DNA of 54,026 nt from an uncultured Oligoflexus sp. (GTDB taxonomy: Bacteria; Bdellovibrionota_B; Oligoflexia; Oligoflexales; Oligoflexaceae). Made by a program: the position numbers and the translations under genes. Shown in pieces: positions 1 to 9,308 of this stretch; positions within the stretch are counted from its first letter, which is position 1, and every line of letters begins with the position of its first letter. Under the pieces are notes generated by a model that searched no databases, was not told the origin of the DNA, and was given only the letters and a program-made list of their open reading frames with translations. The stretch lies in the NCBI GenBank assembly GCA_964236955.1, contig CAXSGP010000021.1, forward strand, positions 1 to 54,026, written 5' to 3'.

Positions 1-28
1 AGGACAGGATGATGATGAATTTTTTCAT
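1..28 (-). CDS. 5' end of a partial CDS running off the left edge (MKKFIIILS..., signal-peptide-like)
   Basis: ATG at 28 preceded on the minus strand by AAGGGA (SD-like); basic then hydrophobic N-terminus. Confidence 0.55.
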
Positions 29-300
29 AGTGAGTTCCCTTGCGTAATCGGATTGCTGTTGATGCGGTCGTCAGTGCTGTTTCCGGTCTCCCTTTGGAGC
101 CTTGTCGAATCGAGCACTGTCCCGACCTGATAAAGTTTTAACCCGACCGAACCCGATTCGGTACTGACATCCCATGACATCTCATGATGGGATTTGCTTT
201 GTATCAAAGCCAAAATCGACGGTACGGCTCGACAAAACACCTAGGTCAAAATATTTATTCATAAATAACAACGGTTTACAAGGGAAGGCAAAAACCAAGT

Positions 301-333
301 AAAAAAAGAGGAAGAAGCTTAAACTTCCCCCTC
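301..333 (-). terminator. Rho-independent terminator after the 367..1200 gene
   Basis: Minus strand GAGGGGGAAG-TTTAAG-CTTCTTCCTC followed by T7; 10-bp stem with two G-U pairs. Confidence 0.7.
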
Positions 334-366
334 ATGGGCTCTATAATGAATTTCGCAACATCATTA

Positions 367-1200
367 TTAAAATGCTTTGCCTTTGAAGGTACCGGATGCG
401 GTCTTGGCATTGCCCGCTTTATCGATTTCCCCCCAGGTTCCCGTCAACACGGTTCGGTCCGTACTGACTTCTGCATCGATCCAACGACGCTCGTCGCCGA
501 ATTCCAAAACTCCACTCCAATGCTGTCCATGTTCAAAGAGTCGATATAGGGCGGACCGTATGCCTTTTTCCTCGTTCCCTTGGGTTTGCACAAAGGAGGC
601 ATGTTCGAAATCCAAGCTTGCTTCAATCCCGTTCAAGAGAGGCGATTGACCGGCAGTTAGCGCTGGGAAGGCCACTTTCCATTTTTTGGGTACATCCTGT
701 TTAGGTGGCAAAGCTCTCTTGCTGATAAAGCCAATGGGCTCGCTACTGCTAAACTGTTCCGCTACCGCGACTGCGTCTGCGATCTTTTTTGGATCCAGAT
801 ATTTTTTGCTTGCAAATTTTCTGACTTCGTCAAGATTGATATTTAAGTTGGTGTGCGTAACCGAACAGGCTGGTAAAATATCGCTACCTATGCAGGATAA
901 CACAGCTTTTTTAGGGGCTTCGTAGATTCTAGGTAGAAGTCTCAGGCTCTCCACATCCTTTACAGCAAAATTATTTCCACCCACACGCACGGCCTCAATC
1001 GTAATCGGATGATCTTCGCCCGTCAGATCCACAGGTAAGGTATAAGTAACCTGGTTTCCATCCATAAGGTAGTTTTTGAGCTGAATCCGGGCCATAGGTT
1101 CAAGCTCCTTCCTGATTGGCACATAATAATCCTCGGCAAAAGCCGAAGTATGGATGGCAACGGAAGCGACGGCGAGGAAAAACAGTTTAAAAGTCTTCAT
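367..1200 (-). CDS. Secreted hypothetical protein
   Basis: Long ORF; start MKTFKLFFLAVASVAIHTSAFA gives a Sec signal peptide with an AFA cleavage site; two Cys; follows the regulator gene by 24 bp. Confidence 0.8.
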   Translation of the reverse strand: MKTFKLFFLAVASVAIHTSAFAEDYYVPIRKELEPMARIQLKNYLMDGNQVTYTLPVDLTGEDHPITIEAVRVGGNNFAVKDVESLRLLPRIYEAPKKAVLSCIGSDILPACSVTHTNLNINLDEVRKFASKKYLDPKKIADAVAVAEQFSSSEPIGFISKRALPPKQDVPKKWKVAFPALTAGQSPLLNGIEASLDFEHASFVQTQGNEEKGIRSALYRLFEHGQHWSGVLEFGDERRWIDAEVSTDRTVLTGTWGEIDKAGNAKTASGTFKGKAF

Positions 1201-1224
1201 TGGAATGCCTTTCAATGATTATTG

Positions 1225-3072
1225 TTATTGAGCATTTTCGGTAAGGCCGTAACGGGTTGCCCGCCCTTTGCCGACCCTTAGTAATAAACCCTCTTTGACG
1301 AGGTGAGAAAGATCACGGGTGGCCGTGACCTTCGACGTCTGAAATAGATCGACACAATCTTCAGGCACCAACCACTTCTTATTCGCCTTCAGATGTTCGA
1401 TGATAGCAAGCTGCCGCATATTCAACTGACTCACGGCGGTCACTTCACCACGCGGTACAGCTTGAGTCTGCGCGCCTTCCCGATGATGCTCCTTCACGAC
1501 GATCTGCACATCCGATCGCAGCTGATAGCCTTCATCAAAGTTTTCAAGCCAGTCCGCAGCACTCGCGAGCAGCGTCCTTAGCCTTGAGATAAGTGTGTAG
1601 AGCAGCGAATCGTGCCGTAAGGGGTTATATTCGTAGCCCCAGATTGAGAACACCAGCTCCTGCTTGCTTCTGGGTCCATGACTCAAGGCCTTTAGCAGTT
1701 CGGTGATCTTTGGCGACGATCCCGTGTCACAGGCGATAATATCCCCATCGCTGACAATGATCAAAGTTCGCGGCAAAAGATTGAGGTGAATGACGCGGGC
1801 GCAGTCGCTAGGCGGCAGCAACTTTCTAAGCAAACCCAGGTATCCGCTTTGAACGATCTTTTGAAATAACTCGACCTTAAAGCCCTTTTCCCGACTTACG
1901 ACATCAATCAAATCACCCAGAGGATCATCGCCAGGGGCCATAGGATGATCACTGCCGACTTCCCGTGCATAAATCCTCCGTGCAAGTCCCGAGCCTACCT
2001 GTTCGGTACTCAGACGATGCTCCTCCGCCGATACAGCCCCGAATTTATTAAAGCCTGATTTTAACGCCAAACCCTGCCAATGCAGGTAAAGACCTTTGTC
2101 GATCTGAATGTCTATATCATTGAAAGCATATTCAAGTTTCTCAAAAACCAAGGCCAAATTCTGCCTTTGGAAAGCGATCTCAGCCCAGCATAGGTTCATG
2201 AGCACCCGCTGCCGTCGATGCCGCTTCGCATAGATCGAACGACTCACGGTCAAAAGCCAGCCCTCCGCTTCACCCAATCGAGCGCGGATCGTCAACTGCC
2301 GTACCAGCGCGATAATCGTGTAGTTATCGGTATAGACGTCCTGCACTTTGCTCTCGTGGATCACTTCCATCAGGACATTGAGGTTGCCTTCGTTCAGCAA
2401 TCCAAACTGCGATCGATCGGCGATAAGGGCTTTATAAATGGCTTTGGCATAATCACCATGTCCGAGCTTTTGGGCCAGCCTGTAGGCGAGCTCCAGGTCC
2501 TGTAATCCCCGGGCGATCTCACCCGTCTCAACGCGGGAGTGACCGAAAAGATCAGTTGCCAGCATACGGGCAAAGAAATGATCCGCTTGTATGGAAGCTT
2601 CGAGGGCACGTTCGGCAGAGTGAAGCGCAAGCGAAAAGCGGGAAGAAAAATGCCGGAAAAATGCCAGACCCTGACGGGTATAGAAACGAACGAGAGGCGG
2701 CGAGTTTTTTTCCCCATCAATGCGCATCAGTATAATGTTTTGAATAATATGTTTTCTGGCTTTATTATAATTGGAGCAACGAATCCAACCAACTGCCAGA
2801 AAAAAATGACAAGCCGCTTGGTCGACGCGCGATAAAGAGGAACTCAAACTTGCGACGCGTATCTCACCCTCTTCAACCCGTCCAAGGAAACAAAGAGAAC
2901 CAATGACGTAAGGAACCGATTCTTTCACCCAATCGGAATTGGGATCATCGACAGTATTAGCCAAGACCTCTTCGCAGCGCCCCTGAAAGAACAGGCGGGC
3001 GGGAGTTTCATCAGATATATTGCTGTCGGGGCCTGGCCTTTGCATCGTCAATCTCCAAGTTGCAGGCACCAT
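1225..3072 (-). CDS. Transcriptional regulator: TPR-like helical N-terminus, OmpR/PhoB-type winged helix, C-terminal DeoR-like HTH
   Basis: SKQELVFSIWG...LYTLISRLRTLL...EGY (trans_reg_C-like) and LNMRQLAIIEHL...SKVTATRDLSHLVKEGLLLRVGKGRATRY (wHTH); start could be 3045. Confidence 0.8.
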   Translation of the reverse strand: MVPATWRLTMQRPGPDSNISDETPARLFFQGRCEEVLANTVDDPNSDWVKESVPYVIGSLCFLGRVEEGEIRVASLSSSLSRVDQAACHFFLAVGWIRCSNYNKARKHIIQNIILMRIDGEKNSPPLVRFYTRQGLAFFRHFSSRFSLALHSAERALEASIQADHFFARMLATDLFGHSRVETGEIARGLQDLELAYRLAQKLGHGDYAKAIYKALIADRSQFGLLNEGNLNVLMEVIHESKVQDVYTDNYTIIALVRQLTIRARLGEAEGWLLTVSRSIYAKRHRRQRVLMNLCWAEIAFQRQNLALVFEKLEYAFNDIDIQIDKGLYLHWQGLALKSGFNKFGAVSAEEHRLSTEQVGSGLARRIYAREVGSDHPMAPGDDPLGDLIDVVSREKGFKVELFQKIVQSGYLGLLRKLLPPSDCARVIHLNLLPRTLIIVSDGDIIACDTGSSPKITELLKALSHGPRSKQELVFSIWGYEYNPLRHDSLLYTLISRLRTLLASAADWLENFDEGYQLRSDVQIVVKEHHREGAQTQAVPRGEVTAVSQLNMRQLAIIEHLKANKKWLVPEDCVDLFQTSKVTATRDLSHLVKEGLLLRVGKGRATRYGLTENAQ

Positions 3073-3557
3073 AACAGAATAGACATAGCTTGAATAGCCT
3101 AATGACGGGAAAATAAGCAGGTACCGGCAATTTTAAGCCCAAGCAGCTTATCTAGCTGTTTATAAGGGAAAAATCTAGCACTGCCGCGTTCTCCCCCCCC
3201 TTCGGCAATTTGCCCCCTATTTCGAGCAGCGCGGGCACCCTTAGGCCTCAACTCCAGCTCAAGAGTCCGAAACCTAAAGTTGAGTATTAACGCCGTTATT
3301 GTATCGAACTCTTTAAAGAGCAAGGGGATATGGGAGGGAAGGGACAATTTATAGCAATTTTATCTAAGTTTTTGCCATGGCCCTTGCTAACCATGATGAA
3401 CATGATCCCGGCGGCCATCCGCAGACTTTAAATGCCTTAAAAATAAGCGTTCTAACGAAGGCCGATCCACAATACCCTCGGGCTTGACAATGCCGGCATA
3501 GAAATGATGCCAGAGCTAAACGTAGGTTAAGGATCGAGCGACCTCAGAGGGGAGGAT

Positions 3558-4313
3558 TTACTTGCCGATGGGGATATAGGATTTGGGTTCTTTCAATTCC
3601 AGGTATTTCAAAAGAGTGGAACGCGCACTCGTCTCGAGTTCAAGAAACTCGACGCCGATGCCTACATGAAAGCCGTCGCCGGCCTCTTGTCTTACCCAGC
3701 GGACCTGACAAAGCCCTTCCAGCACACCCAGCTTCAGATGCCCCGCATCAACCTTGACCTTGATCACTTCAAAGCTGGAGGGAAAATCGTCAACTACGGG
3801 CAAAAACATTCCGCCCTGACCGATTTCGAGCGCAACTCTAAGGTCGTTGGGAGCTTGCCAGCTATTTTCGGTACCGATGGTAAAATCAAACTTCCTGGCG
3901 CTTTCGCCGACGATAAGCCCTTGCGACCATCGCTCCCCTTTGGGAACCAGGGCTTTCTCCACAACCTCAAGCAGCTCCTTTTTTCGGAGCGGTTTACGGA
4001 GGAAAGCCTCCGCCCCCAGATCGAGTGCTTCTTCCGACGATATATCCGAGAATGATGTGATAAAAACAAAAGGCGGATAAGCGGGGTTCTTCGCCCGCAA
4101 GTCCTTCAGCAACTCCACTCCCGATTTGACCGGCATATGGATATCTGAGATTACCAGGTCTATGGACTGCTCCATGAGAATCTGAAGGGCCTCCGATCCA
4201 TTCTTGGCCTCGATGAAAAGGAAGCCAAGTTCTTTTAGATAGAGCTGCAGAATATCGCGCATGAATTTTTCGTCTTCGACTATCAATACGACCTTCGGGC
4301 GCGCTGTGTCCAT
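3558..4313 (-). CDS. Response regulator with C-terminal PilZ-like domain
   Basis: REC motifs VEDE, LVISDIHMP, FLRKP; C-terminal EIGQGGMF...CQVRWVR...GIGVEF is PilZ-barrel-like. Confidence 0.85.
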   Translation of the reverse strand: MDTARPKVVLIVEDEKFMRDILQLYLKELGFLFIEAKNGSEALQILMEQSIDLVISDIHMPVKSGVELLKDLRAKNPAYPPFVFITSFSDISSEEALDLGAEAFLRKPLRKKELLEVVEKALVPKGERWSQGLIVGESARKFDFTIGTENSWQAPNDLRVALEIGQGGMFLPVVDDFPSSFEVIKVKVDAGHLKLGVLEGLCQVRWVRQEAGDGFHVGIGVEFLELETSARSTLLKYLELKEPKSYIPIGK

Positions 4314-6452
4314 TTAGAGGCCTTTCCGCACGAAAAGTGCTCTTTTTCCACTCCTATCAAGAAACGCTGGTAGCCTGTCGAATAATGCGGACCATTGCGT
4401 ACGTTCATCGCTGGGCAGTATCAGAATTCCATTGAGGCACATTTCACCGCTATGGCCTCCCTGGGGCGCTGAGGGAGGGTTATCGTCTTCATCCTCGATT
4501 TTTTCCATCCCTTTTTCAATCTCCTCATTGTCGAGCGGGTTCGCATAGAAGGGAATCCGTGAATTGAGCCGTATTGCCTTTTCTATACCTTTCAACAGGC
4601 GCAGGGCTTTTTCATAAAGGATCGAGTCTCTATTGTTCAATAGAGCGGTGATCAAGTCCTTGGCTTCTTGAAGCTCACCACAGTTTGCAAAGGCCCGGCC
4701 CAGATGATAACTGATTTCGTCTTTAGCCATGTTGAGCGGCTGGGGTATCGAATCATTCAGGTTCCGAAAGACCTGCAGACCCGCTTCAAAGCGTCCCGAC
4801 CGGGTTAAGCCCTGCGCACGCTCCATCATCGATAGGACGACAGTCCGCCAATTGCTGATGGTTGCCATCAGGAATTTCGCTTTTGCCGTATCGCCGTGTA
4901 CAATTGCAATCTGACAATCGGTCTCGTTAATCATCTGACTATCTTCGTCTAACACCCTGGCCTTTTGCAACGTTGCTTCAGCCTGTCCTTTTTCACCGTT
5001 ATCACTTTGGGCGATAGCAAGCAGGCAAAGGTTTTCGATATTCATCGGCGACATCGAATGGGCTCTTTCAAAAGTCTTGACAGCCGCCTGGGGATCGCCT
5101 AGCAGTATCAGGCATTTGCCTATCAGATTGAGCAGACAGAGGGCATCGCCCTGTAGCTTTAAGGCCTCTGTTGCCAAATCCCTGGCTTGGCGAAACTCTC
5201 CCGCCCCATAGGCGAAGTTAGCCTCCACAGTTTTTTTGCAACTCGTTTTAATGCGCGGATCGGCGATAAAGTTATTCTTCAGCTGTTCGGCTTCACGCAT
5301 CTGCTCGGCATGAAGCAATCTCTTGAGTTTTTGTTGAAGGGAATTCTGTTCGGTCGGGAACACGTGCTGTTGCATGGTCCATACCAAAGACTTAAATAGA
5401 CCTTGCGAATCAAAGGGCTTGGCGATCACATTCGCTACCCCGAATTCCCTGAGCAGATGGGACTCTTCCGGCTTGATAACTGAGCTTAATACGTTGATGG
5501 GCACATTACTAAAGCCATGATGGCGAATTCTTTGCAGGAGAAATGCGCCCGAAATGCTCGGAATTCGCCATTCCTGCAGAATAAGGTCTGGCTCAGGATG
5601 GGTGCTGAGCCAGGCCCAGGCTTTTACTCCGTCACTAAAAGTCTCAATCTGCTCCACGCCGGAAAGCGTCATCAGCTCCTTGAGAGCGCTCAAAACCTCG
5701 ACATCGGGATCGATGATCACACATATTTTGATTCCCAAAACATTGTTCTCTATCGAGTGGGCGGCTTCGTAACCTACATTTACCCTGCTCGCGGCATGGT
5801 TGGCGATGATAACTTCCGTTATCTTTCTCGCTCTCTCGTCAATCACGCAGGCCTGATGAAGGGTACCGAGACCTTCGGTTAGACGACCCGCCCGCAGCTG
5901 CGTTTCTCCAAGCTTCATAAGCACGGGTAAAGAACCAGGAAAAAGGCCCAAAATAGCCCTTTCCACTTTCAAAAGTGGTTCGTAGCTCTGAATTGAATAC
6001 ATATATCTTCTAAAATATTCCGCTGCGATCAGGGCCGTCGTCCAATTGTGGATCTTCATCAGTTCAAGATGTTTGTCGATCTCGCCGATCGGATCCGATT
6101 GGATGCCGACTTTAGAATGCCAAGACAACAGACCAAAATAAAAGGCTGGCAATAGATATTTTTCATCGGCGGTGTCGACGAGGAGGCTGACCCTTATGCG
6201 TCTTAGGCTGGGCGTTTCACAAATGGTTTTCAGGATATGGAAAGCCGTGATCGCTTGATCGAGACAGGTAGGCATGATGATCCAGTCGCAGTCTCCATAC
6301 TCCAGGGCGTAGAAGACATCAAATGACGTTCCGACGACGGCCACTTCCAGAAAACCCATAGTACGGAGCGTTTCGCTCAGACTTTTGCCGGAGACCCCTT
6401 TCCCTTCGGCGATCAGCACTCTCGCGGATTTTGTTGCAAATGATGTCTCCAT
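4314..6452 (-). CDS. Protein with two atypical receiver domains and TPR repeats
   Basis: REC-like RVLIAE...DWIIMP and CVIIDPD...DLILQEWRIP...VIAKPF; TPR-like helices; its stop codon directly abuts the ATG of the next gene (TAA-ATG). Confidence 0.8.
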   Translation of the reverse strand: METSFATKSARVLIAEGKGVSGKSLSETLRTMGFLEVAVVGTSFDVFYALEYGDCDWIIMPTCLDQAITAFHILKTICETPSLRRIRVSLLVDTADEKYLLPAFYFGLLSWHSKVGIQSDPIGEIDKHLELMKIHNWTTALIAAEYFRRYMYSIQSYEPLLKVERAILGLFPGSLPVLMKLGETQLRAGRLTEGLGTLHQACVIDERARKITEVIIANHAASRVNVGYEAAHSIENNVLGIKICVIIDPDVEVLSALKELMTLSGVEQIETFSDGVKAWAWLSTHPEPDLILQEWRIPSISGAFLLQRIRHHGFSNVPINVLSSVIKPEESHLLREFGVANVIAKPFDSQGLFKSLVWTMQQHVFPTEQNSLQQKLKRLLHAEQMREAEQLKNNFIADPRIKTSCKKTVEANFAYGAGEFRQARDLATEALKLQGDALCLLNLIGKCLILLGDPQAAVKTFERAHSMSPMNIENLCLLAIAQSDNGEKGQAEATLQKARVLDEDSQMINETDCQIAIVHGDTAKAKFLMATISNWRTVVLSMMERAQGLTRSGRFEAGLQVFRNLNDSIPQPLNMAKDEISYHLGRAFANCGELQEAKDLITALLNNRDSILYEKALRLLKGIEKAIRLNSRIPFYANPLDNEEIEKGMEKIEDEDDNPPSAPQGGHSGEMCLNGILILPSDERTQWSALFDRLPAFLDRSGKRALFVRKGL

Positions 6453-6757
6453 CGCTTCCCCTATAGAATGGCATTGAAAGGCCGATCGTCGGTCGACGAA
6501 CGATAAGCGATAAAATTGGAAACTCGCCCTGTGGCTTTCCAGCTAAGGACCTATCCATACTTTCCGGGTTGTCCGCGTGCAACTCTCTAAGATTAAACGA
6601 TAGCTGGGTTCTAAGCGAGATTCAAGGGCGGTGCCGCTCAATGGGTGTTTATAGTTATACGGCACTGGAAAGGACGAAACGTACGTCTTACATTGGAAAA
6701 ATTGCGCCTATTCGTTTCATTCACTTAATTTTTTTCGCAAGCGACCGAAGACAAAGT

Positions 6758-7834
6758 ATGAAAATGTTAAATCACATATACTTTAATTTTTTAGCGGCGA
6801 CACTGCCTCGGGCCCAGGCGGAATCACGAGCTCAACCTGCTCAGGACATAAGCTCGTACTTTCCGCCCGAAGCCCGCGAAGAAGTGCTGACTGTGCTGTT
6901 TCTCGACATCATAGGCTTTTCAGCGGCGGTATTGACCCGCTCTCCCGCCGAAGCTTTTCGTGATTTAAAAATGATGTTTGATCGCATGACCCGCCTCGTT
7001 CAGCAGCATGGGGGTACTGTCGATAGAACCCTGGGAGACGGCCTCCTTGCCTATTTCACCGCCAATGACAGTAGTGATATCCCGGGCACGCACGCGGACC
7101 GCGCTATACTCTGCGGGGTGGCTATTCATCATACGCAAATCAATGGCATCCTGGTCCGTGGCGAAAGCGCGCCGATCACCGTGCTTCCTATTAGGGTGGG
7201 AATCAATAGCGGCACCGTCTACATGGGGGATTTGGGCAACGAGGAGCGACGGGACTTTACCATAATAGGCAGCGCCGTGAATCTGGGCCAGCGCTTAGAG
7301 TCGGCCTGTGAGATAAACCGCGTTATGATAGGTTTGAAAACTCTTGAACTTGCCGAAAACTTCTCCGAAACCACACCGGGAATGAGAGCCAGGCCTATCA
7401 TAGCCAAGAGCTACCAGGAACCCGTCAATGCTTTCGAATTTGATCCTTTCCTTGATGATTCGGAAGCCACCAAACGCTTTATCACGGCCTATCGCGCCTT
7501 TGCCCAGCGCGATCGGGTGGAAGACCGCATTCATTGCGAGGAGGCTTCGCTTTTCATGGTCACCAATCACGGTCATGCCCTGGTGGTCAATGTATCGCGA
7601 TCGGGCGTCATGCTTCGCTTTGACAAATATATCGCCCGTGGAGTAGTCGTCTACGTAAGCCAGGTTGTAGCCAAGGTAGAACACCTGGATACGCCTCCGA
7701 TGTTTCTCGAAGTTCGCTGGGGTTCTCCCGATGTTCCTGGTAATTATATGCACGGATGCCTGTTAAAGAATCTAAATGAAGATCAGAAAAATGAACTTTG
7801 GGAGCTGTGGGCTGCCGTTCTCATCCGAACCTAA
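6758..7834 (+). CDS. Class III adenylate/guanylate cyclase with C-terminal PilZ domain
   Basis: FLDIIGFS, DRTLGDGLLA, RVGINSG, DFTIIGSAVNLGQRLES; C-terminal RVEDR and NVSRSG, EVRW; ATG 6758 chosen over the upstream TTG, start uncertain. Confidence 0.85.
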   Translation: MKMLNHIYFNFLAATLPRAQAESRAQPAQDISSYFPPEAREEVLTVLFLDIIGFSAAVLTRSPAEAFRDLKMMFDRMTRLVQQHGGTVDRTLGDGLLAYFTANDSSDIPGTHADRAILCGVAIHHTQINGILVRGESAPITVLPIRVGINSGTVYMGDLGNEERRDFTIIGSAVNLGQRLESACEINRVMIGLKTLELAENFSETTPGMRARPIIAKSYQEPVNAFEFDPFLDDSEATKRFITAYRAFAQRDRVEDRIHCEEASLFMVTNHGHALVVNVSRSGVMLRFDKYIARGVVVYVSQVVAKVEHLDTPPMFLEVRWGSPDVPGNYMHGCLLKNLNEDQKNELWELWAAVLIRT

Positions 7835-7837
7835 GAT

Positions 7838-7856
7838 TAGGGGCTGTTGACGTTTG
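7838..7856 (+). repeat. Orphan IS5-family-like terminal inverted repeat, identical to 53975..53993
   Basis: TAGGGGCTGTTGACGTTTG matches 19/19 at both loci; no transposase adjacent here. Confidence 0.6.
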
Positions 7857-7946
7857 GCTAATCTGTCTTGAGAGACTGAAAACCATAATTGAGAATCGAC
7901 GTTGGGAGCCCATGCACGGCGCCTTCGGGATCTCTGCCCCGATCTT

Positions 7947-9308
7947 CTATAGCTTTGGGATAAGCAAACCAGCCGCAACATCCCCCGACGGCAGTCCTAG
8001 ACCCCAGTCTTCGGCTCCATGGACTCCCCGCGCTGCACTCGCCTTTAATACCTCCAGAACCTTCCTCTTTTGATCCAAAGCCGAGCTACTGGTCAATTTC
8101 TCAGCTTCCAAAAGCAAGGCGCTCAAGGCAGCAATTTGTGGAGCAGCAAAGGAACTTCCCGAGTCGAAAGCCTCCAGTGATGGCGACCATACCCCTTCAG
8201 CAGGAACAGCGAGAGTTCTACTTTGAACGTTAGCCATAGCTCCTGGGATCGTTGCCGACCAGGCAATGTCATCGGCAAAAAGTGAAAGGTTCAGTGCAAA
8301 CACCAAGAGATCATCGGCCTCCATTGCCGAATCTCCGCTATAGGTGTCAGCAATCAGATTGATATCATAGCTGGCAAGATTATTTACAGGCCCAAGCCCC
8401 AAAGCCAGTCTTTTCGCGGTGACCACTCCGGTGAGGTCGGTGCCGGTGTTGCCCAAGGCCTTACAAAGGATCCGATCTTTCACAAGTATTTTGAGTAACT
8501 TCTTAAACTCCGGGTCGAGATGTTTTTTATCGTGTCCTTCAGCAAAGGCTCGACTCATATTGACGATCTCAATGTCCTTTCGATCGACGATATACTGCAA
8601 GGCGAGCGTATAATCCTTAGCGTCGGCCCAAACAGGAACGATATGCGCCTGAGGGGCGATCCGCAAAATCGTATCAATCACAACATTGCCATGCGTGAGG
8701 CTGACAGGACGGCCGAGAGTCATGGGAGCTTCAATATGAGACTTTGGAAAAGCCAATCTTTGCTTGATAAGGATCTCACTATCAAAGACATCAAAAACCG
8801 CAATCGTTATCCCACGCCCCTCAAAGCTTTGGGAAATCTTATCAATTTCGAGAGAATGAAAGCCAGGATGGATGGCAAGGACATAAGTATTGATAGCCAC
8901 CCGCAAGGCTTCAAGAGTTTTAACATAACGATCAAACTCTTTTTGATTGGCCTCATGATTCGGCGCATCCTCAAAAACCAGGGCTGCCAGACCGACAAAT
9001 TCCTCGACCGCACCAGCCCAAGCCGCCACATTCTTTTGCTCGAGGAGTTCGGCCCTTAGCGCTAAACTCATTCCTTCCGGGGAAGGAAGTGCGAAGAAAT
9101 CAATCGCCTCTTGGCGCAAGGCTTCATCAGCTCCAAATCCAATAAGCTTTTCCAAACCATCGAATGCCTGACGAGTACCCTCTAAGCTTAGCGACGCAGG
9201 CCGTGTGCTCATGACCTTAGACCGAGTGGCTGCGTTTAATCCGTAACCGACACCGAAAGCACCCATTACTAGGGCCATCACGCACAAAAGAAATAAGCCT
9301 GATCTCAT
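7947..9308 (-). CDS. S8 (subtilisin-like) serine peptidase with N-terminal signal/anchor
   Basis: Triad-like motifs IAVFD, HGNVV, oxyanion ALGN, SGSSFAAPQIAALSALL, C-terminal WGLG; SD GAGG upstream. Confidence 0.8.
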   Translation of the reverse strand: MRSGLFLLCVMALVMGAFGVGYGLNAATRSKVMSTRPASLSLEGTRQAFDGLEKLIGFGADEALRQEAIDFFALPSPEGMSLALRAELLEQKNVAAWAGAVEEFVGLAALVFEDAPNHEANQKEFDRYVKTLEALRVAINTYVLAIHPGFHSLEIDKISQSFEGRGITIAVFDVFDSEILIKQRLAFPKSHIEAPMTLGRPVSLTHGNVVIDTILRIAPQAHIVPVWADAKDYTLALQYIVDRKDIEIVNMSRAFAEGHDKKHLDPEFKKLLKILVKDRILCKALGNTGTDLTGVVTAKRLALGLGPVNNLASYDINLIADTYSGDSAMEADDLLVFALNLSLFADDIAWSATIPGAMANVQSRTLAVPAEGVWSPSLEAFDSGSSFAAPQIAALSALLLEAEKLTSSSALDQKRKVLEVLKASAARGVHGAEDWGLGLPSGDVAAGLLIPKL

